This document shows positions 36,847 to 46,043 of a DNA stretch of 64,000 bases, in pieces. Within the stretch, counting starts at the first letter, position 1, and each line of letters opens with the position of its first letter. Where the stretch lies: IMG/VR virus record IMGVR_UViG_3300046810_000256, positions 19,007-83,006 of that record; one strand, given 5' to 3'. The translations under genes were made by a program, and so were the position numbers. The notes beneath the pieces are model-generated. The model saw only the letters and a list, made by a program, of their open reading frames with translations. It ran no database searches and was not told the origin of the DNA. The DNA is from a virus.

Positions 36847-37697
36847 ACATCCCCCTTGCCCTTGTTCGCTGATACGGCGGCGCTTATCAGATCGCGTAGA
36901 TGCTCTATCAGTGGCTTGTGTTTACCCGGTCGCCAGTCGATTGCCCACTCGTTAATGGTGCCTCCGTTGTGCAGCATCCACTCACTGCGCGCGCGCTCCT
37001 TGGTCAGTTGTTCATGCAGATCGTCAATCAGGTGGAAGTCCGGCGCAGCGCCAACTGGCGGCTTCCACAGTTCGGCGCCGTTGTAGGTGTACCCCTTGGC
37101 CTCCAGCGTCCGGACGGCGGCCAGTGCCGCAGTAAATGTTTCGAGGGTATAGACCGGTGTTTTTTTGCACATGCGGTCAGTTATCTTTTCCGCCAAGTCG
37201 CGATCAAACACAGCCTTGCCGCCGCCACAAGCGGCGTAGTCGCCGATCCAGGCGAAAGGCTCTATGGCAGCAGCTCCACCAGAAACTGCTGCATGGAATG
37301 CGGAGCTAACACACGCTGCCTCGGGGTCAATGATTTTCAATAGCTGTGAGTATTGAGCTTGGGTGATTGTCGCGTCTGCCGCCGAGCGCCCGTCTTTCCA
37401 CAACACGTTCAGTTGGCAAAGCCCGGTACCGTGCTCGAGTTTTTTTCGCAGCTGCTGCACGTCGTCATCGTCGTTCGCAGCCGCTTGCATAGCCTCGACC
37501 AGCGCCAGCCCGGCATCCGTGAATTCGTAGCGACCGAAGCCGAGCGAGCGAACAAGGCCTACACGCGCCAGCGACTTCATACGCGCTTTGGGCACGTCGT
37601 AGCCTTGGTCGTCTTCACAGGTTTCGTGGAACCGAAGGACGTCGGTACGCTGCTGCTCAGTGATCGCCAGCGGCAATTCGATTGTTTGCTCAGTCAT
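36843..37697 (-). CDS. Hypothetical mosaic phage protein
   Basis: GYTYNGAELWKPPVG module. Confidence 0.65.
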   Translation of the reverse strand: MTEQTIELPLAITEQQRTDVLRFHETCEDDQGYDVPKARMKSLARVGLVRSLGFGRYEFTDAGLALVEAMQAAANDDDDVQQLRKKLEHGTGLCQLNVLWKDGRSAADATITQAQYSQLLKIIDPEAACVSSAFHAAVSGGAAAIEPFAWIGDYAACGGGKAVFDRDLAEKITDRMCKKTPVYTLETFTAALAAVRTLEAKGYTYNGAELWKPPVGAAPDFHLIDDLHEQLTKERARSEWMLHNGGTINEWAIDWRPGKHKPLIEHLRDLISAAVSANKGKGDV

Positions 37698-38413
37698 ACC
37701 GCGCTCCCCGCGGACTGACCAACGTCGGCATCCGCAACCAGTTCAAATTCGTCGCCGTGCTCGTCGCAGCGGCATTCAACCTCATTCGTTTCGCCAACCG
37801 GCTCACACTCGCAAAACTGGGAAACCAGCTTTTCAAACAAGGTGTCCGCCATGTCTTCGGCAACTTCGGCTCTTGTCACACAGACGCTGCGCAGCTCGTT
37901 GGTAGATCGATGACGAAATTGGAAGGTCAGCGGGTCAGCGTGTGTTTTGAGGCGAAGGCCTTCTACCGCCTTGCTGTAAATGAACTTGATCTGATCCCAG
38001 GAAATTGTGTGGCTCTGGCTGTACTCGCCTTCACCGTCGCAAATCTCGCAATACTGGTTCGGCTCATCAAGCTCGCCGCAGTCGGGGCATTCTTTGGTTG
38101 CCGTCACCTTGAATTCCCCCAGCAGCAGCGCTTTCGCTCCATTCTCAGCGGTCAGCCTTCTAGGCATGATGCAGTAGCCTTCAGGTATCGCGACCGGATC
38201 TTGCCGGGCGGGCACAGGCGCATCGAGAAGAGCGCGCAGCTCCCGCGCAGTCGGGTCACCCGCCATCATGTATTCGGGCGTATCACTCTGGCCGCCCGCT
38301 TCTAGGATTCGGTCATAGCCCGCCTGATAAATTCGTTTCATGGCGAGCAGCGCTTGCTCAAGAGCATTCCGCGAAACACCGTCAATCGTTGGGTTATTCA
38401 TCAAGCTCACCAT
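37694..38413 (-). CDS. Hypothetical protein
   Basis: LTAENGAKALLLGEF...CPDC..CEICDGEG. Confidence 0.7.
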   Translation of the reverse strand: MVSLMNNPTIDGVSRNALEQALLAMKRIYQAGYDRILEAGGQSDTPEYMMAGDPTARELRALLDAPVPARQDPVAIPEGYCIMPRRLTAENGAKALLLGEFKVTATKECPDCGELDEPNQYCEICDGEGEYSQSHTISWDQIKFIYSKAVEGLRLKTHADPLTFQFRHRSTNELRSVCVTRAEVAEDMADTLFEKLVSQFCECEPVGETNEVECRCDEHGDEFELVADADVGQSAGSAV

Positions 38414-39371
38414 CCTGTTCGGGCGCTACGAACTCGCAGGAATCGCAGTGCCATGCGTAGTTGTTCTCTTTCAGGTTTCCGGCGTCGCAATTGGGGCACT
38501 TGTGGCCATCCGGCTTTTGAATAGACGCGGGCAACGCTTTCAGCCAGTTGCGCAGCGACTGATATTCCGCGTTCCGAAAGCTGCCGAATGCGTAGATGAA
38601 TGGCTTAGTGTGGTTGTGGCCGTCACGAGCCAGGAAGTCGATACAGCCTTGCTCGGTAAAGCAGGCGGTTACGAACACGTCGATATCCTTCATCGCGTAG
38701 CGCTCCCAGTGGCTGGGATAGTCTTCGCTGGATTGATATTTCTGCTCCAGCGTTTTCGCGTATGACGGTGACGCCTTGTTGTAGTCTCCAGATTGCGTTT
38801 CGACCCACACAATGCGGTCATGGTCGTGCGTGTCCAATGTGACGAATTCGCGCTTTTCCATCACTGCGAACAAAGGCTGATCGGTGCCGCGGTTGTCTTG
38901 GGTGTTGATCAGTCGGCCAATCCCCGCAGGCAAGGCCAGCTGTGCGCGGAGGCTTTCACTCTCATCGCGCGCTGCGCTCACCCGGTTAACCGCACGATCA
39001 TACTCGCCCGTTGCTTGGCCAAGCTCGGCCCGCAGTCGCTCCACTTCGCTGGCTTCGGCGTAGGTGTAAAGCTTCCGGACTTCGTACTCAGCCGGATCTG
39101 CCTGACAGAGCTCAAGACTTTCGCCGCTGACCTCTTCCCAGCAGCTGGAGCCATGGGTGCGAACCATGTACACCGGCTGCGCATCAACTTGCGATTTTGC
39201 GCAAGCTGCCATTTCCTCTTGGCTCTTCAGCAGCGCGCGGATTTCATCAGCAGCAACCTTATGACGCTGGATTGCTGCGCCATTGGCCAGCGTATCCAAG
39301 TCTTGAGTGATAGCACGCAGGGCAGTGGTTAGGGTGTCTCGCGACAGGTTGCCGATCATTGAATTATTCAT
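38394..39371 (-). CDS. Ead/Ea22-like mosaic protein
   Basis: TQDNRGTDQPLFAV...FVTACFTEQGCIDFLARDGHN module. Confidence 0.6.
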   Translation of the reverse strand: MNNSMIGNLSRDTLTTALRAITQDLDTLANGAAIQRHKVAADEIRALLKSQEEMAACAKSQVDAQPVYMVRTHGSSCWEEVSGESLELCQADPAEYEVRKLYTYAEASEVERLRAELGQATGEYDRAVNRVSAARDESESLRAQLALPAGIGRLINTQDNRGTDQPLFAVMEKREFVTLDTHDHDRIVWVETQSGDYNKASPSYAKTLEQKYQSSEDYPSHWERYAMKDIDVFVTACFTEQGCIDFLARDGHNHTKPFIYAFGSFRNAEYQSLRNWLKALPASIQKPDGHKCPNCDAGNLKENNYAWHCDSCEFVAPEQDGELDE

Positions 39372-40419
39372 GGCGGCCACTTCCCGCGGGTGCGTTGCTG
39401 AACTGGATAGGCGCATTACACGGGCAGCGGATCTCTTCGTGCATGATCGACATGCAGAAGCCTTCCCCGTGGCAGTCGTTGCACGGGCTTTGGGTGGACA
39501 GGGGATTCTTCAGCGCCTCGATCACTGCCTGTACGACCATCACGCCGCTGTCGCCGGTTGAGTCTGCGGAGAACCCCGCCAGCGCGTAATGAACGCCGGG
39601 CTTATTGGCGATCCGCTGGAAGTCTTCCCACTGGAAGCCGGTGCCGTTACCAGACAACGCGTCGGCCATCGCAGCAGCTGCGAACTCGGCAATGGGCAAT
39701 GTCACTGGCACCTGTCGGGCGGCGATTGTTTCCATGTCGGCAAGTAGTCGGTGATGACGGGCTTGAAGCTCAGCCAACGCGGTTTCGACCTCACTGGCGA
39801 CCGGTGCCACCGGCTGTTCGCCAACCTGCGCCAGCGAGTCGATAGCCTGGCGCCAAGTCCCGAAGGTCTGGCCGTCGTGTTGATCATGGTCTGCCGGTGG
39901 GATAAACCATTGGCCCACGCTGTCGTCGAAGTACGGCACCAGCGCGAATTCCTGCATGTGCAGGCGTTCGTACAAATCCACTCGGGCGGTGTCGATCAAA
40001 CCAATGGCCTTGATATCCACCCCCGGCGCTTCCGGGTTGTTGATGTAGTGGCTGGCCAGCAGATGCCAGCCCGACGTTTTTCCGTCTTGGCCATCCATCA
40101 GGCGCCACGCTTCACGAATCAGCTCATCGGCCAGGTGCAGACGCCCCTGCAACTCATCGTTGTAGAGAGTGACCTGTGTGGTGTTCTTGTAATGCTCCGT
40201 GCGTGCCGTCTCGGCAGCGCCGCCAAATACCTTGGCCCGGATTTGCTCAAGCTGGCTAATCAGGAAGGCCAGGGATTGCAGGCCGACCAGCTTGGAGCGC
40301 TTGCCATTCAGGTGTACCCACAAAGCGCCGTCGCTGTGCTCGATCTTGTCCAACGTGCCGACGGCTTCAGGGTAGGCGTCGAGCGCGTCGATTGCGTAAA
40401 ACTCTGGTTTCTGGCTCAT
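39364..40419 (-). CDS. Hypothetical protein
   Basis: 351 aa ORF in operon. Confidence 0.7.
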   Translation of the reverse strand: MSQKPEFYAIDALDAYPEAVGTLDKIEHSDGALWVHLNGKRSKLVGLQSLAFLISQLEQIRAKVFGGAAETARTEHYKNTTQVTLYNDELQGRLHLADELIREAWRLMDGQDGKTSGWHLLASHYINNPEAPGVDIKAIGLIDTARVDLYERLHMQEFALVPYFDDSVGQWFIPPADHDQHDGQTFGTWRQAIDSLAQVGEQPVAPVASEVETALAELQARHHRLLADMETIAARQVPVTLPIAEFAAAAMADALSGNGTGFQWEDFQRIANKPGVHYALAGFSADSTGDSGVMVVQAVIEALKNPLSTQSPCNDCHGEGFCMSIMHEEIRCPCNAPIQFSNAPAGSGRHE

Positions 40420-40625
40420 AGGTGCAATCTTCCTTTGATCTCGGTGTACTGGTCGGCGCTGAGCTTGTTGTGGTGAATTGCGTCACGCAGCAGGGTTTGT
40501 GCTGCATCGACATGGGCAGCGGTCTGGCCTGCTGAGAGCTTTTCGACTGTCTGCTCAAGGTGGACGCGACTGGTGAAGACGATCCCGTGCGCCTTCCACG
40601 GGAATTTCTGTTGGCCGGTGCTCAC
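40416..40625 (-). CDS. Hypothetical protein
   Basis: Overlap coupling. Confidence 0.55.
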   Translation of the reverse strand: MSTGQQKFPWKAHGIVFTSRVHLEQTVEKLSAGQTAAHVDAAQTLLRDAIHHNKLSADQYTEIKGRLHL

Positions 40626-41014
40626 TGGTCACCGCCTTGGCCTTGATTTGCGACGAGGAACGCGGCGACCGCGGGCGCAAGGGCGTCATTTGGGCGATCC
40701 AGACGCAGCAGGCACTTTTCCAGCAAGCGCAGAGCCTGGGCCAGCTCCGAATCATCATTGGCCGCTCGCTCCACCACTTGCGGAGTGTGGTGCGGCTTGC
40801 CGTATGCCAGCCCTTGAGCTTGGACGCAGCGCAGCGCCTCACGCACCGGCATGCGGCTGGTGCCGTAGTGATTGGCGATAGCCTGCTGATTCAGCTTGGT
40901 GCCGACCGGCAGTGTTCCGTCATTGATGACTTGGGCGAGTTGTGCAGCGATAAACAATCCATCTACAGGGCCATCCGGACGCGGCCCCAGCGCTTTCAGC
41001 AGAACTTCACACAT
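40622..41014 (-). CDS. GntR-family HTH protein
   Basis: INDGTLPVGTKLNQQAIANHYGTSRMPVREAL. Confidence 0.85.
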   Translation of the reverse strand: MCEVLLKALGPRPDGPVDGLFIAAQLAQVINDGTLPVGTKLNQQAIANHYGTSRMPVREALRCVQAQGLAYGKPHHTPQVVERAANDDSELAQALRLLEKCLLRLDRPNDALAPAVAAFLVANQGQGGDQ

Positions 41015-41061
41015 ACAACCTCCGTGTTGGCGCCGCCACCGTGCAGGCGGCGCCGCAATGA

Positions 41062-42069
41062 TCAGGCCTTGGCCCGCTTCAGTTGATCCAGCAACACCGT
41101 CGGCAGACCTTTCAGGGTCAGCGTGCCGCTCTCTTCATCGAATTCGATCTTGGTGCCGAGCAGGTGCGCTTCGAAGCTGATCGACAGCCCCTCAGTGCGC
41201 CCGGTGAAGCGACGGAATTGATTGAGGGTGCGCTTGTCGGCGGGGATCTCAGGCGACAGGCCGTAAGCAGCGGCGCGGGCGAAGTCGGCGAAGGCCTTCG
41301 GGTTTTCTTCGTCGATCACCTCGGAAAGCTCGTCCAGCGTCACCAGCCCGCCGATCTTGGCTTGACTGCTGGCGTAGTCGAGCAGCGTGAGGGTCTTTTC
41401 CCTCACGCTTTCCTTGGGCAGATCCTCTTCTTTCACAAAGTCGGAAAACGCCTTGAGCAAGGTGCGGGTTTCGCCGGGGCCGTCGACGCCTTCCTGACAA
41501 CCGATGAAGTCGCGGAAATAGTCCGTCGCCTTGCGCCCGTTCTTGCCCTTGATGAAGGAAATGTACTGCCTGGAATTCGGGTTGCTCTGCCACTCGGAAA
41601 TATTGATCCGCGCCGCCAGGTGCAACTGGCCGAGGTCGAGGTGGCGCGATGGGGTTACGTCCAGTTCGTCGGTGACCGACACGCCGTCGCTGTGATGCAG
41701 CAACGCGATGGCCAGATAGTCGGTCATGCCTTGCTGGTAGTGCGCGAACAGGGCGTGGCCACCCACGGACAGATTCGATTCTTCCATCAGTCGCGTTAAG
41801 TGCTCTACGGCGTCCCGAGAGAAGTCGACAAACCCATAACCGCCAGACAGGTAGCGTTTCAGCCAGCCACTGAACGGAAAGGCGCCAGACTCAGCATGGA
41901 ACAACCCCCACGCCTTGCCCTGCTTGCCGTTGTAGGCCTCGTTCAAGTCGCCCAGCAGGTTCTCAGTGGCATCCGATACAACCAGCTCAGTGTCGCGCGT
42001 GTGCAGCATGGCCGGGGAGCCGTCCGGCTTCTTGTCGATGTGGTAAACGATGGCGTGGCGCAGTGGCAT
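41062..42069 (-). CDS. yejK: Nucleoid-associated protein YejK/NdpA
   Basis: [17 protein letters not shown]...[12 protein letters not shown]...[12 protein letters not shown]...DFIGC. Confidence 0.92.
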   Translation of the reverse strand: MPLRHAIVYHIDKKPDGSPAMLHTRDTELVVSDATENLLGDLNEAYNGKQGKAWGLFHAESGAFPFSGWLKRYLSGGYGFVDFSRDAVEHLTRLMEESNLSVGGHALFAHYQQGMTDYLAIALLHHSDGVSVTDELDVTPSRHLDLGQLHLAARINISEWQSNPNSRQYISFIKGKNGRKATDYFRDFIGCQEGVDGPGETRTLLKAFSDFVKEEDLPKESVREKTLTLLDYASSQAKIGGLVTLDELSEVIDEENPKAFADFARAAAYGLSPEIPADKRTLNQFRRFTGRTEGLSISFEAHLLGTKIEFDEESGTLTLKGLPTVLLDQLKRAKA

Positions 42070-42117
42070 ATTCAGATTCCTTGATGGATGGCGCACCTAC
42101 AGCGGTGCGCCAGCGGC

Positions 42118-42891
42118 TCAGTGGCCGTAGGTGTGGTCGCCTTCACGGCAGTCGATGATCAGTTTCGCGGCGCCGAAATACATGGCTGCGATGTACCGTT
42201 TCCACTTCGATGTCATGCCGAAGTGGCGACCGATTGGCTCGCCTTCCAGCAGAGCGGCGAACACCTCGCCGTACTCAAAGCCGCGGTCTGTGTGGCCGGT
42301 GATGCGGACGCTGATGCGGTTGGCATAGTCAAAATCTGAGCGCGGGCGCTCTTTCAGGCCATGCGCGGCTCGATAGCTGGTTTCTGGCTCGGCATCGAAA
42401 AGGATGTGGATGTAGCGCTGACGAGTGCCGTCGCCTTCGGTGATGGTGATGTGGGGAACGTGCCAGCCCTTTTCGGTGGCCTTCTCCTGATTCACTTCGA
42501 CGAACGCATCCAGCAGCTGATTGAGGCTGATGAACTCCGGAATCATGTCGTCGTGCAGAACCTCATTAATCGCCTGCTCTGCGCGCCGAAGCATGTCGCC
42601 GGTCACGCCTGCATCCATCCAGCGGTCTTTGAGCGCTGTAATGATTAGGTCGTTGTAACGCGGCAGCTCGATCACGCTGGCAATATTCGCCGGCAACGCA
42701 TGGGCGATTTCTTCGCGCACTTTGCTGCTGAAGGAGCCGTGTGGGGCAAAAGCGTCTTTCAACACCTCAGTAAACAACCGCTCTACACACGACTGGATGA
42801 TCTCGCCCGGGCGGTCGCTGGTAGCAAAGGCCGTGACATGTTCTGTCAGCACCTCTTCAAGCGTCTTTTTCTTCTTCACTGCTGCACACAT
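42118..42891 (-). CDS. Conserved phage hypothetical protein
   Basis: 257 aa; ELPRYN motif. Confidence 0.7.
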   Translation of the reverse strand: MCAAVKKKKTLEEVLTEHVTAFATSDRPGEIIQSCVERLFTEVLKDAFAPHGSFSSKVREEIAHALPANIASVIELPRYNDLIITALKDRWMDAGVTGDMLRRAEQAINEVLHDDMIPEFISLNQLLDAFVEVNQEKATEKGWHVPHITITEGDGTRQRYIHILFDAEPETSYRAAHGLKERPRSDFDYANRISVRITGHTDRGFEYGEVFAALLEGEPIGRHFGMTSKWKRYIAAMYFGAAKLIIDCREGDHTYGH

Positions 42892-42922
42892 AGTGCTACT
42901 CCCTACTTCACACTTGTGAAAA

Positions 42923-43276
42923 TCAGTCGGCGGCGTGGGCGATGTCGAGCATCACCCGGCGCCCTATGAACGGTTCCAGACGGCGCGCCAGCAGCGTGGC
43001 CAATTCCTGCCACCCCGCCTTTGTGCCGATCCGGCTGCCCTCCAGCGCCTCAACAAGAATCACCGTGTTGATTCGATCCATTTCCACCGCCAGACCGCCT
43101 TCCAACCGCTGCGCAAGATCGGCAGCAGCGCACGCCCAAACATCAGCGCAAAACACCGGCTCTTCAGCCGCTTGAAAGGTTTCGAGCATCACCTGAGCGG
43201 TGGCCAAGAACCGAAGCCGGTCGAGCAGGACACCCGCTGCGACTCGGCTGATAAGCATTGGTGAATTCATCGTCAA
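42923..43276 (-). CDS. Hypothetical protein
   Basis: First gene after early promoter C. Confidence 0.6.
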   Translation of the reverse strand: MTMNSPMLISRVAAGVLLDRLRFLATAQVMLETFQAAEEPVFCADVWACAAADLAQRLEGGLAVEMDRINTVILVEALEGSRIGTKAGWQELATLLARRLEPFIGRRVMLDIAHAAD

Positions 43277-43299
43277 AGCCCTGAATGGCTAACCGTCGA

Positions 43300-43340
43300 C
43301 GACATAATGACACAACATCACAATAACTCAATAGCGTTTT
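43300..43340 (-). promoter_or_regulatory. Early promoter repeat copy C
   Basis: CGCTA-TTGAGT-N16-CATTAT-GTCG. Confidence 0.7.
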
Positions 43341-43369
43341 TATGGTGTTGTGCGCCGACTACTGCGCAG

Positions 43370-43789
43370 TCAGGCCGCGCCCCGGTTCTCATGGCCCTGA
43401 TACTGTTGGCTGGCGTACCACTTGCTCAGCAGCGCCCGAACTTCGCCAGGCACTTCCCGGCCCGCCACCTCAACCATCTGCACGCACGACTCCAGCAGCA
43501 CAATCTCCCGGTCGTACTCGGCGATAAAGTCCGCCTTGTTGCCGTGAACCGCTTTCATCGACTTCAGTGGGCCGGTACCGGGCTGGTGATGACCGGCACA
43601 GAGCGGCAGCACGTACCAGTGCGCGTGCTTCTTCGTGCGTCCGTCACAGTGATGGATCGACACATACGCCTGTTCTTCGTAGTTGCGCGGCCTGCCGTCC
43701 AAGATGCAGCAGATACAGCCACACACGTCCGCCACGGTGTCATGCCACCGCTGTTCGCCCTTCGTCTTGCTTCTTCCGTCCATTGCCAT
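43370..43789 (-). CDS. ref: Ref-family RecA-dependent HNH nuclease
   Basis: GCICC...IHHCDGRTK..AH..VLPLCAGHHQ...AVH. Confidence 0.85.
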   Translation of the reverse strand: MAMDGRSKTKGEQRWHDTVADVCGCICCILDGRPRNYEEQAYVSIHHCDGRTKKHAHWYVLPLCAGHHQPGTGPLKSMKAVHGNKADFIAEYDREIVLLESCVQMVEVAGREVPGEVRALLSKWYASQQYQGHENRGAA

Positions 43790-43801
43790 GTCTCACCACC
43801 C

Positions 43802-44893
43802 CTACGCGGTCAGTCGCTCTTTCATCGGGCCGCCAACGAGTTTCCCGAGCAATACTCTGGCCTCTTTGGCAGCGTTGGTAATTTCGGGCTTGGCGCCAGT
43901 CTTTGGAGCGGGCGCGACAGGTTTGGGCGCGGCCTTGGCGGCGGCTTCCACAACTCGTTCGGCCTCTGCTCGGCGTGTGCGCTGCTTTTCCTGCGCCTGC
44001 GCTTTCACCACGTAGGATTCGCAGTGGCGAAGCAATGAGCTGACGGGATGGCAAGTGTCGACAATGGCGTGATGCGTCACAGCCTCGACGTAGTAGCGGA
44101 CGGTGATGGGGGCGATGTCTTGCCCGATGCGCTCGACCACCTTGGCCATCTGGCCGCCGACGGTGGCGTTGTAGATCGGCCACTGGTGGTATTTGGCGTT
44201 GAATGCCATGGCGTAGGCCAGCCAGGTGCGGAATGTCTTGCTGGCTGGGTTTTGCGGGTAGTTGTCCGGCGCCAGCGACAAGGCTTTGCGCTCTACGTCG
44301 CTCAGCGTAGCGGTCGCTCCCACAGGGTCACCCAATGGGGCCGGGGCGCTGGCCACCGAATGCGCAGGCTTCGCTCCCGCAGGATCGTCTGTGAGATTTT
44401 TAACTGCTCTTTGAATGCTAACTGCTTGTTTATTATTAACTAAAGCGTCGGGCTTTGCCGGATCCGGCTTAGCCGTATGCGGTGAATCCGTCCCCGGCGC
44501 CACCGTTTCCGGATTTGCCGTAAACGGTTTCTCTTTGTCCTTTTTCTGGCTGGCGATGAAGGCCGAGCCAGCGTCTAGATCAGGGGTTTCCGACACTTCG
44601 TAAGTCATGCCTTTGAATGAACCGCCCACGCGGTCGTACTGGCGCACCACGTAACCGGCCATTTGCAGCTCTTTGAGGATGCCGTAGACCTTGTCACGGC
44701 CCGAGCGCTTGCCCAGGCAATTGCGAGTGCGCGCCAGCAAATCCTCTACACGGACTTCCCAATGGTCGGGCTTGCTCAGCAGGTACACGAGCATGCCGCG
44801 CGCCTCCCAACTCAGCCGGTTGTCTTCGATTGTTGTGGTCGGCAGGACGTAGAACTGGGTTTTGCGGACGGCGCGAATGATGCTCACAGGCAT
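43802..44893 (-). CDS. Phage replication initiator (winged HTH)
   Basis: DNRLSWEARGMLVYLLSKPDHW...ILKELQMAGYV; internal iteron-like repeats. Confidence 0.8.
   Translation of the reverse strand: MPVSIIRAVRKTQFYVLPTTTIEDNRLSWEARGMLVYLLSKPDHWEVRVEDLLARTRNCLGKRSGRDKVYGILKELQMAGYVVRQYDRVGGSFKGMTYEVSETPDLDAGSAFIASQKKDKEKPFTANPETVAPGTDSPHTAKPDPAKPDALVNNKQAVSIQRAVKNLTDDPAGAKPAHSVASAPAPLGDPVGATATLSDVERKALSLAPDNYPQNPASKTFRTWLAYAMAFNAKYHQWPIYNATVGGQMAKVVERIGQDIAPITVRYYVEAVTHHAIVDTCHPVSSLLRHCESYVVKAQAQEKQRTRRAEAERVVEAAAKAAPKPVAPAPKTGAKPEITNAAKEARVLLGKLVGGPMKERLTA
44395..44527 (-). repeat. Putative lytic origin: five 15-bp-spaced CCG-N3-(A/C)CGG iterons plus AT-rich tract
   Basis: CCGTTTACGG/CCGGAAACGG/CCGGGGACGG/CCGCATACGG/CCGGATCCGG then TTTAGTTAATAATAAAC. 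Confidence 0.65.
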
Positions 44894-45162
44894 CCCCCGA
44901 ATTGGCAGGTTGCATGGGCAATAGGCGAGCTGATTGCGTCGATCCGGCGCGAACGCCTCTCAAAAATCGCAAAAAGAAGGATTGCAAAGCACAGGGAGGC
45001 TTTGCTATGGAAGCAATTATGGTAAAGTCGGGGCACGGTGTTCGACATCTCCTGATGTTATTGGGCGATGCGGCAGTTCCCACGGCTGACAGCTTTGATA
45101 AAAAGCAGGCCTAAAGCATGGAAGGCTTTGTGGTGCAAATGGTCTAAACATCGTATGCGTCT

Positions 45163-45207
45163 AAAAAAAGAACCTTCGCTTGCAGGCGGGATAGGTTCTT
45201 TTTTTTT
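45163..45207. terminator. Bidirectional terminator-like hairpin
   Basis: A7-GAACCT...AGGTTC-T10. Confidence 0.65.
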
Positions 45208-45282
45208 GTCCTGAATTCGGTGGATCTTGGATAAGCTGGGCGCTGTATACCATACAGGCGTATTGCCAGCCAATTAATCCCG

Positions 45283-45319
45283 CATCCCCGGACATTGTAA
45301 ATACTGTTCTTTTGAACAG
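45283..45319. promoter_or_regulatory. Operator-like CATCCCCGGAC plus LexA-like box
   Basis: 45283-45293 and CTGTTCTTTTGAACAG at 45304-45319. Confidence 0.55.
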
Positions 45320-45330
45320 CCCTCCCCCGA

Positions 45331-45807
45331 TCAGAGCTTCCGAGGCAGTTTTTTCAGCTTCGCAACAGCCTTTTCGTAGAACGCTTCCGACACGCCCCGC
45401 AGCCCTAAACAAGCCTGCTCCATCTGGGCAAAATTACGCTTTCCCACAGCCTCTACCGCCGCCTCGCCGCGCGCGTCCGCCATGCGCTTTAGACGCTTGG
45501 CTCGATACAGTGACGCCCGCAATTCTGGATACGGATAAGGCTGATCCAGATAGCCAAACGGCAGCCCTGCGGCCTCTTCGACCTTATGCGCCAGGAACTC
45601 GGGGAAGCCTCCCCGGTCTTGCATCGCCTGAGTGATTTGGTTCGCAAGGGAGTGGCATTCCGTCTCTGGAAGATGCGTAAACAGCGCACGGATCCCCTTT
45701 GGACTGTGCAGGTCTGCATACAGACTAAATCGCTGTTGTCGTGCCCGCTTCCCGGCGTCAACCGCTTCCTTCGCGGTGCTGGCGCCTTCAAACACTTCTA
45801 GGTTCAT
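45331..45807 (-). CDS. Hypothetical protein, candidate repressor
   Basis: Divergent from rdgC, flanked by ATCCCCGGAC sites; AHKVEEAAGLPFGYLDQ resembles the end of phage repressor HTH domains. Confidence 0.55.
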   Translation of the reverse strand: MNLEVFEGASTAKEAVDAGKRARQQRFSLYADLHSPKGIRALFTHLPETECHSLANQITQAMQDRGGFPEFLAHKVEEAAGLPFGYLDQPYPYPELRASLYRAKRLKRMADARGEAAVEAVGKRNFAQMEQACLGLRGVSEAFYEKAVAKLKKLPRKL

Positions 45808-46043
45808 GCTCAAGATTCCATAAGTAAACCGAGGGTAATTTACGCGCAACCCCATAAAAACGCTATTAAAGTTTGGTAAACCTGTTTACTCTGCGCGATC
45901 TGGAAAAGCGAGCCGCAAACAGTACCGTCCGGGGATCATTCAGGACAGGACAAGATAAGAACGGCTCCGATTGAGAGGGGCCATTCCCAGTCAAGTTCGT
46001 GCGCGGCTCAAGGCCATGCAGCCACCATCAGTAAGGAAACAGC

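Noticed and set aside
44975-45025. GCAAA copies upstream of the replication initiator
   Set aside because: The 30-bp spacing does not land on a NANNNT hexamer on either strand
45243-45257. CTGTATACCATACAG as a LexA box
   Set aside because: Spacer is 9 bp, not 10; kept only as an unexplained palindrome
44884-45273. Small leader ORFs upstream of the initiator (kil/icd-like)
   Set aside because: Weak RBS spacing and no recognisable homology
45915-45956. GCAAA...CAAGAT upstream of rdgC
   Set aside because: Spacing is 31 rather than 30 and the gene is not late-type; not counted as a late promoter
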